A stretch of 64,000 nt of DNA from Candidatus Latescibacterota bacterium (lineage in GTDB: Bacteria > Latescibacterota > UBA2968 > UBA8231). The stretch lies in assembly GCA_965217585.1 (NCBI GenBank), contig OZ244561.1, positions 704,001 to 768,000 on the forward strand, in the 5' to 3' direction. The notes below the pieces were generated by a model that was not told the origin of the DNA, made no database searches, and was given only the letters and a program-made list of their open reading frames with translations. This document shows positions 16,629 through 24,930 of this stretch, in pieces; the stretch's first letter is position 1, and each line of letters starts with the position of its first letter. The position numbers and the translations under genes are program-made.

Positions 16629-18623
16629 ATGGAATTGAAAAATCAAGTCCCAACGGAATACCAAGATTATATAAAAAGCCAGCAGCCATCCGGTCAGGAT
16701 CTTGAAGGCATTCCCGCACGGGGAATACTGATCGGGGCGGTGCTGGCTTTTCTGCTCAATTTCCTAGATGCCTATGCCACGACCATCATCCGTGGCTCGT
16801 ACCTGACCTTAAACTTCAGCACTCCGGCCGCGCTGTTTTTTTTGTTTTTTGTGGTCCTGGCCAGCGGTCTGGTCAACCTCCTCCGCCGACCTCTGGCTCT
16901 GAATCGATCCGAGCTGATCACGATCTACATTATGCTGGTAGTGGCCTGCTGTATCCCGGGCATGGGCTTCACGCAATTCATAATTCCCTGTCTTTTGGGT
17001 TCCACTTACTATGCCACGCCCGAGAACAACTGGGATTTCCTCTACAACCAGTACATCCCCGACTGGATGATCCCCCGGGGCGAAAACGTGGCGCGTTTCT
17101 TCTACGAAGGTCTGCCCGAGGGTGCGGCCATCCCCTGGGGCGCTTGGGTAGTACCGCTGAGTTTCTGGTACGGGTTTTTTCTGGTGCTCAGCTTCGCCAT
17201 GATCTGCACCATGGTCATCCTACGTCAGCAGTGGATGGACCGGGAAAAGCTAGTCTATCCACTGGTCCAAGTGCCCATGGAGATGATCGGTCGAGAAAAG
17301 GGAGGAATGATTGGTCGGTCGTTTTTCACCAACAAAGCCATGTGGATCGGCTTTGCCGTATCATCCATTCTGCTCAGTATCAACGGCCTGCACTCCTACT
17401 TTCCGACCTTTCCGCATACCACCAAGACCTTCGTATTGCCCTTATTCCGCGATACGGTCAGCCTGAATTTCTGGTTTAGTCCGCCTTGGACAGGCTTTTT
17501 CTACTTCGTCAACCTCGATATCACGGCCTCAATCTGGATATTCTACATTCTCACCACTGTCCAGCGGGGCATTTTCAATATCGTCGGCTTGCAGAGCACG
17601 GAGCGGATCGATTTCTACTCTATCGAACCTTTTCTGGCCCATCAGGGCATGGGCTCCATGATCGTCTTTGTGCTAGTGGGGTTGTGGGTGGGACGCGGCC
17701 ATTTACAAAATGTATACCGCAAAGCCTTCCATGGCGACGAAGAGGTCGACGACAGCGGCGAGATGCTATCCTACCGGCAGGCCCTTTTCGGCCTGCTAGC
17801 GGCGCTTGCCCTAGTGGTGGTCTGTCTATGCATGATGGGACTAACTTTTCCCACGGCACTTTTATTCATCTTTGGTGCGATGATGCTGTTTATAGGGCTA
17901 ACTCGGGTAGTGGCCGAAGGGGGCATCCCGGCCATGCGGCCCCCTATCATGACTTCGAGCTTTGTCATTTCGGGGGCCGGTGCCTCGGCCTTGGGTGCCT
18001 CGGGTCTGGTAGCCCTGGGCTTTTCCTACGGCTGGCACTCCGAAGTGCGCTCCTTTGTCATGGCGTCTGTAGCCAACGGACTGAAGATGGGTGAGATCAT
18101 CACCGGTTCCAAGCGCCGGCTATTCTGGGCCGTGGTCATTGCCATTGTGGTCAGTCTGGCCGGCTCGTCGTATATGACCCTAGTGCTGGCCTACAAATAC
18201 GGGGGCATCAATCTCAATCCGCTCTTTTTTGTGGGGCAGGCCCCCACCTTCGGTCCTCGGGATATGGCCCCGCGCATCGCCGCAGAGCTGCCCGGCCCAA
18301 GACTGGACGCTTGGCTGTTCATGGGCATTGGTGGGGGGGTGATGGCCCTGCTGATGTGGGCGCGGCACCAGTTCGTCTGGTGGCCGCTCAATCCCCTCGG
18401 CTATACCATCAGCGCCAACTGGAAGACGGGACATATCTTTGGCAGCGCCTTTCTCGCGTGGCTGCTCAAACTGTTAATTCTGCGCTACGGTGGTTCCAAG
18501 CTGTACCGGGGTTTGCGGCCATTTTTTCTCGGCCTGATCTTGGGCGAGATCGTGACGGCGGGCGGATGGCTGGTGCTGGATTATATAACCGGACACATGG
18601 GGAGCTTTCTCACGCAAATCTAA
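16629..18623 (+). CDS. Polytopic inner-membrane protein, DUF6785/DUF6784-like putative (peptide) transporter
   Basis: More than 12 TM segments with QWMDREKLVYPLVQVP, RVVAEGG, WWPLNPLGY and LRPFFLGLILGE motifs. Confidence 0.75.
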   Translation: MELKNQVPTEYQDYIKSQQPSGQDLEGIPARGILIGAVLAFLLNFLDAYATTIIRGSYLTLNFSTPAALFFLFFVVLASGLVNLLRRPLALNRSELITIYIMLVVACCIPGMGFTQFIIPCLLGSTYYATPENNWDFLYNQYIPDWMIPRGENVARFFYEGLPEGAAIPWGAWVVPLSFWYGFFLVLSFAMICTMVILRQQWMDREKLVYPLVQVPMEMIGREKGGMIGRSFFTNKAMWIGFAVSSILLSINGLHSYFPTFPHTTKTFVLPLFRDTVSLNFWFSPPWTGFFYFVNLDITASIWIFYILTTVQRGIFNIVGLQSTERIDFYSIEPFLAHQGMGSMIVFVLVGLWVGRGHLQNVYRKAFHGDEEVDDSGEMLSYRQALFGLLAALALVVVCLCMMGLTFPTALLFIFGAMMLFIGLTRVVAEGGIPAMRPPIMTSSFVISGAGASALGASGLVALGFSYGWHSEVRSFVMASVANGLKMGEIITGSKRRLFWAVVIAIVVSLAGSSYMTLVLAYKYGGINLNPLFFVGQAPTFGPRDMAPRIAAELPGPRLDAWLFMGIGGGVMALLMWARHQFVWWPLNPLGYTISANWKTGHIFGSAFLAWLLKLLILRYGGSKLYRGLRPFFLGLILGEIVTAGGWLVLDYITGHMGSFLTQI

Positions 18624-18683
18624 AACCCTCCTCTGCTCGGCATGGTAGCGCAGAAGCGCCAGCCCCTCAAAGCCCTTTGGGTC

Positions 18684-19964
18684 CTATTGACCGCGCAGAT
18701 ATTCGTCTGGTTTGGCCGCATTGGACGGCCAGTACCCGTCCCGTGATTGATGCCATTGCGCGCCGCACAGGCCGCTTATCACGCTCCATTCGGACGGACT
18801 GGGATCCGGGTCTGGGTGAAAGAGAAATCGCTGGGCACCGGCGGCCTCCGAGGCTTTGAGAATGCCGGCTAAGTCGCGGGCTGGCATGGCGTCTCCGGCG
18901 TGCGGGGAGCGGCCGGTGGACACCCAGAAGATAGTTTTATCGACATCTTTGATGGCCTCTAGCGCCCGCCGCGTTTCGCTGTACACGACTTCGGCGAAGA
19001 ACTCGTCGGGGAAACCCATCTCCATGTCCAGCAGCGACTCGACATTGGGCAGGCGCAGGCCGAACAGCGATTCGACCAGCAGGAAGCAGTCGGCTTCAGT
19101 CAGAGAGGGGTTCCACTCGGCGAATTTTTGCACCCAGCGGGCAATCGTGCCGTACATGCCGTCGAAGCCGCGATGCCAGTAGTAGTGCTTGGGGAAAATA
19201 TAGTCGAAGTATGGCGGCATCTGCTGATAATCCTGGCCGGTCAGGGAAGAAAAAGTGGTGATGCGCGGAATGCCACCCAGTTCGACATAGCGGTTCACTG
19301 CGTCCAAGTCGGCGCGGGCCCGCTCCCAGGAACGCCGCGACTTTTCCCCCCGAGCCCGCAGCCAGTACAGGGCGTCTTCGTTGATATCGAAGAGATTCAG
19401 GCCCGCCAGAGTACCACCCGGGGCCCAATAGCGCACGAGATCCGGGGTGAGGTTGTGGAAACGCTGGCTCATATGGGCAATGCCGCGCTCCAGCCGGTCG
19501 ATGGCAAAGCCCAAGTTGGCGAACTCGCTACGCTCGCCGTCGCGCAATTCAAAGAGTTCGCCGCCGTGGTGCCAAGCTAGTTCGTAGTGGTTCTCGCCGG
19601 GTCCGTCGATGATCACTCCGTTGACCTGGGGATAGCGGTTTATCAAGCTCTGCACGTGGGCGGTGGTACCGCTGTCGAATACCATGATATGCCAACCGCG
19701 CCCAGCGGCATCATCCAGCATAGCGCTTAGTCCCCGCTCCTTTTCCAGATTGCGGGGCTGCTCCTCGGGTGCTTCCAGCCCCAAGTCGGCGTAGGCTTTA
19801 GGATCTTGTGGAAAAGCGGGAATTCGGCTGCCGTCGTCCTCCGTAAAAAACATGCGCCCTACCACAATGCCGCGCACTCCGCCCGCTTCCCAAGCGTCGA
19901 AGATATGCTTGTAGTTGGCCATGTAGCGTTCGAGCGGATTGAAAACGAAAATCCAGCATTGCAT
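18684..19964 (-). CDS. Conserved hypothetical soluble protein (possible TIM-barrel/glycoside-hydrolase-like)
   Basis: 426-aa ORF with a strong AAGGAGG SD and an IIDGPGE motif; no confident family. Confidence 0.6.
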   Translation of the reverse strand: MQCWIFVFNPLERYMANYKHIFDAWEAGGVRGIVVGRMFFTEDDGSRIPAFPQDPKAYADLGLEAPEEQPRNLEKERGLSAMLDDAAGRGWHIMVFDSGTTAHVQSLINRYPQVNGVIIDGPGENHYELAWHHGGELFELRDGERSEFANLGFAIDRLERGIAHMSQRFHNLTPDLVRYWAPGGTLAGLNLFDINEDALYWLRARGEKSRRSWERARADLDAVNRYVELGGIPRITTFSSLTGQDYQQMPPYFDYIFPKHYYWHRGFDGMYGTIARWVQKFAEWNPSLTEADCFLLVESLFGLRLPNVESLLDMEMGFPDEFFAEVVYSETRRALEAIKDVDKTIFWVSTGRSPHAGDAMPARDLAGILKASEAAGAQRFLFHPDPDPSPSEWSVISGLCGAQWHQSRDGYWPSNAAKPDEYLRGQ

Positions 19965-20006
19965 CGTCTAACCTCCTTAGGTTGATGGCCTTTCAACTCG
20001 ACCTTC

Positions 20007-20819
20007 TCATCTCTGTTTGTAAAGCCGCGACCCCTTGTCTTCTCTCCGGTACTGCGGCGGCGTAATAACCGCCTGCTGCTCCTTTGTCAACTCGGCGTAG
20101 AAATCCGGCGGTGTATAGGTCCCCATCAGCGATTCGGCTTGGACGCCGTGGTTGTAGCGCAAAATCACCGAGCGCCGCTGGTGTTTGGCCGTCCACGGCA
20201 GGGCCCCGTGCATCAGCGTCTCGACGAACAGTATCGCGTCGCCAGCTTTGGCTGGGATCTGCGCGATGCGATCCTGGTGCGCCTCGTACAGCCGGATCTC
20301 GTCCGGGCAGGGATAGTTGGCCTTATGGCTGCCGGGCAGACAGGCGAAACCCCCATCCTCCGGCCCCACATCCGCCAACTGTACGGCGATATTGGTCATC
20401 CCGCAAAACATCCGGCCATTGCGGTAGAGGAAACCCCGCGAGCGGTCGAGCGGCTCACCGCCCTCGTGGAACCAGAAGCCTTCGGCCCCCTCGTCCATGG
20501 TGATGATCCCCAGGCCCTCCAAGCGAAAACCCGGTCCCAGCAATTCTTCCAGATAAGGCTTGAACCTCGCATGGGCGATCGTCGCCCGGAACGGATCGCA
20601 ATGCGGTTTGTCCCACGTCAGCATCCCGCCCAAATCGCCGCGTCCCTGCGCGCCCTTGAGCGTCTCCGATTCGTGGGCCAAGTCATTGGCGCGGATACCG
20701 ATTTGGTCGGCGTGGTGGTCAATCGCCGCATTGGCCGCCGCCACTTCCTGCGGCGAGAGCGCGCCTTCAATCACCAAATAGCCGTGTACTTCGAAGAGAT
20801 ACTTTTCCACTTCGTTCAT
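20007..20819 (-). CDS. PhyH-family Fe(II)/2OG dioxygenase with HxG motif
   Basis: GYLVIEGALS, GGFACLPGSHK, AGDAILF..LMHG and RRSV motifs. Confidence 0.85.
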   Translation of the reverse strand: MNEVEKYLFEVHGYLVIEGALSPQEVAAANAAIDHHADQIGIRANDLAHESETLKGAQGRGDLGGMLTWDKPHCDPFRATIAHARFKPYLEELLGPGFRLEGLGIITMDEGAEGFWFHEGGEPLDRSRGFLYRNGRMFCGMTNIAVQLADVGPEDGGFACLPGSHKANYPCPDEIRLYEAHQDRIAQIPAKAGDAILFVETLMHGALPWTAKHQRRSVILRYNHGVQAESLMGTYTPPDFYAELTKEQQAVITPPQYRREDKGSRLYKQR

Positions 20820-20907
20820 TGTCGACCTGCTTTTCCTTGTGCCTTATGGAATATTAACACACACAAGGTCCGTCCGTCAGCCCTCACGGCACCAATACTC
20901 CAGGCAG

Positions 20908-21270
20908 TTAAGCGGGCAGCACCTCGCGCAAGACCCGCAGGTAATTCCCGCCACATATCTTGCTCGCGTCCTCCGCGCTGAATCCCGCATCCAGCAAGCC
21001 CTCTACCACCCAAGGCAATACCGCACTGTTGAAGTGGGTACCGATCCCCACGCCGTCCACACCCATCACATCAGCGGCGTAGCGAACCCGCACCAAGGTC
21101 TGCTCCAACTGTTCTGGCGCGACCGCCCCATAGGGCGCGTCCCCCGGCGGCCGGATAATCGGCGGCGGGATCCCCAACACGCCTCCGCGCTCGGCCAACG
21201 CCCGCATAACCTCGTCGGGTGCCGCCCTGAGATCGCCGACCAATGCCCGCGGATTCGAGTGCTTCGGCAA
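20908..21270 (-). pseudogene. C-terminal fragment of membrane dipeptidase (peptidase M19)
   Basis: HSNPRAL, DEVMRALAERGGVLG, GVDGVGIG and KICGGNYLRV motifs. The N-terminal two-thirds are missing. Confidence 0.75.
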
Positions 21271-21418
21271 ACTTGGGAAAGTCACCGCGACAACCACTCG
21301 CGTCTTTTTTGCCCAGGTCAATATCGTCGATCACGAAACGGGGATGGGTCAGGTTTAACTCCAGCTATCGCATACTAAATGCGGCCAAATGCGGCCGGAG
21401 GGCAATCTCATGGTCATC

Positions 21419-22195
21419 TTATTCACCGAGCGCTTGGTCGAAATCCCGGCGGCAAGCGGCCAAAACCTGCGCTAGGGCAAAATCGCCGCCATAAGCCAGC
21501 ATCTGCGCCCCTTGTGCGCGGTATTTGGCCAGCAACTCAGGCGTGCCAGCGGGTATCCCCCAGGCTTTGCCGTGTTTTTTCGCCGCCGCCGCGACTTTGG
21601 CGACAGCCTGATCGAGATCGACATCCCCCCCGGCCACACCGAGCCGCAACCCCAAGTCTGCCGGGCCGACGAAGAGCCCGTCCACCCCCTCGACCGCGGC
21701 GATCTCCTCGACATTGGCCAGCGCTTGCGGGGTTTCGATCTGCAAGACGACGAAGGTCTCGCGATTGGCGTCGTCGATATAGGTACTGCCCTCATGCCAT
21801 ACGTCGAGACCGAAATCACCGTCCAAACCCGCCCCGTCCAAACCGCGATTGCCCAGGGGTGGGTACTTCACCGCCGCGACGATTTGGCGCGCCAGAGCCG
21901 CATCGGCAACCAGCGGCATCATCAGACCGGTCGCGCCGTCCTCGAGATAGCGATAGAGGCGGGTGCGCTCAAGCGTCGGGGGCCGCAACATGCAATCGAT
22001 ATCGCAGGCGCGACATAAAGCCAACAGGCCCTGGACCTCGCGCTGATCCATCGCCCGGTGTTCCAAGTCGAGCCAGATGCCGTCATAGCCGTTGTGGGCG
22101 GCATAGCGCACGAAGAACGGCAGATAATGCCCTAGGCCACAAATGCGGGCACACCGCCCCGTGCGCATTTTTTCCAAGACTTTGCTCTTTCTCAT
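21419..22195 (-). CDS. HpcH/HpaI aldolase family protein
   Basis: WLDLEH, KYPPLGNRG, QIET and DGLFVGPADL motifs. Confidence 0.9.
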   Translation of the reverse strand: MRKSKVLEKMRTGRCARICGLGHYLPFFVRYAAHNGYDGIWLDLEHRAMDQREVQGLLALCRACDIDCMLRPPTLERTRLYRYLEDGATGLMMPLVADAALARQIVAAVKYPPLGNRGLDGAGLDGDFGLDVWHEGSTYIDDANRETFVVLQIETPQALANVEEIAAVEGVDGLFVGPADLGLRLGVAGGDVDLDQAVAKVAAAAKKHGKAWGIPAGTPELLAKYRAQGAQMLAYGGDFALAQVLAACRRDFDQALGE

Positions 22196-22238
22196 ATTCC
22201 CCGCTTTGATGGAGAGTTGCGTTGCTACATATAGTATA

Positions 22239-23471
22239 CTACCGCAAATACGCCTGCTCCACCTTCGCAAACGCCTCCGCAATATCCGCTACCTCCTGCT
22301 CGGCAAAATTCTCGTGGATCGACATGATAAAGTGGCTTTCAACCGCATCAACGGCGTTGGGACAGGTAAACTGTGCATTGCGGTCTCCTCCATACGCCGG
22401 CAATCCCCACGGATAGTCGCTGCCGGGAAAGACCTGCCGCTCCTTAAACCAGATCGCCTCGGAAGGGATATAGCGATACGTAGCTGTCACCGGAATCCCC
22501 TCTGCAGCTACTGCCCGGGCAAAGCCGTCTTTGTCCACCCGGAGCTTGTCGGCATCTACGTGGAAGCGCATAAACCAGTACACCCCCTCCGACTCGGCCA
22601 CCTGCCATCCCAGCCGCACCGCCTTGCGCTCGGCAATGGCCTCGGCGATCTGCGCTGCTACCCGACGTCGCTTGGCGATCATCGCATCGAGCTTCTTTAG
22701 CTGCACCCGCCCAATAGCGGCCGACAGGTCGTTGCCGTTGAGATTAAGTCCGGCGCGCAGGTTGGAGGCCGCATCCGTATTAAAAGGCTTGCCCCGGTCG
22801 GCAAAGCGCTTGGCCTCCCAGCAGAGTTCTTCGTCGCGGGTAAAAACCACCCCGCCCTGCGGACCCGTCGCGTGGTGTTTGCCGCTCATGGTCGAAAAAG
22901 CCGCCACCGTGCCCAACGATCCCGCTAGCTGCCCTTTGTAGCACGCTCCATGAGCTTGGGCACAATCCTCGATGATCGGGATGCCGCGCTCCTCGGCTAG
23001 CGCCAAAATTGGCGTCATATCCGCGGGTTCGCCGGCGATATGGGCCACGACAATGGCGCGGGTGTGAGGCGTTAGCACCGCCTCAATCTGCTCAGCACCG
23101 GCGTTGAACGACCCCGGCGCGGCATCGGCAACCACTGGCACTTGGCACAACAGCGCCGCGGGCATCGCCCCACCCGGATCCGTAATCGGCGGGATCACTA
23201 CCTCGCCAGCCGCTTCTAGCTTTAGGGCTCCCAATGCCGCGTAGAGCGCCGCAGTACCCGAATTGACCAAATCGGCGTAGCCACCACCCATGAATGCGGC
23301 AAACTCCCGCTCATAGGCCAATTCCTCTGGCCCACTATAGCCGATCGCAGCGCCGCTCTCCATCGCCGCAGAGAACAGCCGCAGCGCGGCCTGGCGCTCT
23401 TCAGCCCCAAAGAGATGCCGTTGGGGAAATGGCGTCTCGCGGACTTTTGGTCCCCCGTCTATTGCCAACAT
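22239..23471 (-). CDS. DegT/DnrJ/EryC1/StrS family PLP aminotransferase
   Basis: LAIDGGP, VNSGTAAL, IEDCAQAHGA and FSTMSGKH motifs. Confidence 0.9.
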   Translation of the reverse strand: MLAIDGGPKVRETPFPQRHLFGAEERQAALRLFSAAMESGAAIGYSGPEELAYEREFAAFMGGGYADLVNSGTAALYAALGALKLEAAGEVVIPPITDPGGAMPAALLCQVPVVADAAPGSFNAGAEQIEAVLTPHTRAIVVAHIAGEPADMTPILALAEERGIPIIEDCAQAHGACYKGQLAGSLGTVAAFSTMSGKHHATGPQGGVVFTRDEELCWEAKRFADRGKPFNTDAASNLRAGLNLNGNDLSAAIGRVQLKKLDAMIAKRRRVAAQIAEAIAERKAVRLGWQVAESEGVYWFMRFHVDADKLRVDKDGFARAVAAEGIPVTATYRYIPSEAIWFKERQVFPGSDYPWGLPAYGGDRNAQFTCPNAVDAVESHFIMSIHENFAEQEVADIAEAFAKVEQAYLR

Positions 23472-23582
23472 TATAATAAACTTCCTCCCTCGACAGTGTG
23501 TCACTGGCGCTAGCCAGAACCATACAAGTAATTTAGCAAGATCGCACCACTCGCCGCCCATAACTAGCATACTGCTACTAAT

Positions 23583-24842
23583 TTGCACAAAAGACACGAC
23601 CCCTACACCAGCCTGCGCGTCCCGCTCTTCCGGCGTTACCTCATCGCCACCGCACTGGTGCGGATGGGTACGGCCGCCCAAGGTTTGGCCATCGGTTGGG
23701 AGATGTACGACCGCACCGGCCAAGCGCTCTCGCTCGGCATGGTCGGCCTCGTCCAAGCCATCCCCATGCTGCTCTTGACTCTGCCTGCCGGGTATCTAGC
23801 CGACGTCTTCGACCGCCGCAAGCTGATGATGCTTAGCTTGGCTGGCGCGACGCTCGCTTCGCTGGCCTTGGCCGCCTTTAGCTGGTACCAGATGCCGGTC
23901 CATTGGATGTACTTGCTGCTCTTTTTGGACTCGTCCTTCCTCCGCTTAGGTTGGCCCGCCCAAAGAGCGATCGCACCCTTGTTGGTGCCGGATGTGCTCT
24001 TTGAAAACGCTGCCAAGTGGTCAACCAGCCTGATGCAGATCACCGGCATCGCCGGACCAGCCATCGGCGGCTTTGTCATCGCCTTCAACCTCCAAGCCGC
24101 CTATCTCCTCAGCGCCGTTTCTTCTGCGGCCTTCATTCTCTTCCTCAGTACCATGGTCTTGCCGCCCGCCCCGCGCATCCAAGGGGGCAATATGTTCGCT
24201 CAGATCGCCGTCGGGCTGCGCTTCGTCCGCGACCAACCGCTCCTACTCGGCGCGATCTCGCTCGATCTCTTCGCCGTCCTCCTAGGCGGCGCGGTGTACC
24301 TTTTGCCCATCTTCGCCCGCGAGATCATCGACCTCAGCTCCGTCGGCCTCGCACCCGAAGCTGCGCTCGGCTGGCTGCGCGCGGCCCCGGCCATCGGCGC
24401 CAGCATCACCGCCTTGGCCATCGCCCATTTGCCGCCGATTCGCCGCGCTGGTAAGACCCTGCTGTGGTGCGTGGCCGGTTTTGGTGCGGCGACCATTCTC
24501 TTTGGCCTCTCGCAAAACTTCTGGTTCTCGCTGCTGATGCTGGCGCTAACCGGTGCCTTCGACAACGTCAGCATGGTCATCCGCCGCGTCATCTCGCAGA
24601 TGGGCACGCCCAACCAGATGCGGGGCCGAGTCCAAGCCGTCTCCGCCATCTTCGTCGGTTCTTCCAACGAGATCGGCGGCTTTGAGTCCGGGCTGGTAGC
24701 CCAGCTCTTCAACCCGGTCTTCTCCGTCGTCAGCGGTGGCATCGGCACGTTGCTGGTCGTCGCCGCTTGGACGGGCCTTTTTCCCTCGCTGAGAAACTTG
24801 GGCAGCCTCTCGTCCCTGACGGCCCAGCACTCGGCCAAATGA
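23583..24842 (+). CDS. MFS transporter (EntS/MFS_3-like)
   Basis: GYLADVFDRRK, LDLFAVLLGG and MRGRV..V motifs; 12 TM segments. Confidence 0.9.
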   Translation: MHKRHDPYTSLRVPLFRRYLIATALVRMGTAAQGLAIGWEMYDRTGQALSLGMVGLVQAIPMLLLTLPAGYLADVFDRRKLMMLSLAGATLASLALAAFSWYQMPVHWMYLLLFLDSSFLRLGWPAQRAIAPLLVPDVLFENAAKWSTSLMQITGIAGPAIGGFVIAFNLQAAYLLSAVSSAAFILFLSTMVLPPAPRIQGGNMFAQIAVGLRFVRDQPLLLGAISLDLFAVLLGGAVYLLPIFAREIIDLSSVGLAPEAALGWLRAAPAIGASITALAIAHLPPIRRAGKTLLWCVAGFGAATILFGLSQNFWFSLLMLALTGAFDNVSMVIRRVISQMGTPNQMRGRVQAVSAIFVGSSNEIGGFESGLVAQLFNPVFSVVSGGIGTLLVVAAWTGLFPSLRNLGSLSSLTAQHSAK

Positions 24843-24930
24843 GAGACCGGTGCTTTCTAGTTTGACCGCTTCACGCGTCCTTCCAAATTTGTTATAGTTG
24901 TAGGTATTGTCACCTAATGGAAGGGGCCTC

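Noticed and set aside
23472-23756. Extended N-termini given by the ORF track (DegT, also HpcH, cmk, LptD-like, maf, priA)
   Set aside because: They overlap neighbouring genes, and downstream starts match the family N-termini better.
24843-24930. Riboswitch upstream of the TonB-dependent receptor
   Set aside because: The spacer is under 90 bp and lacks cobalamin or TPP consensus elements.
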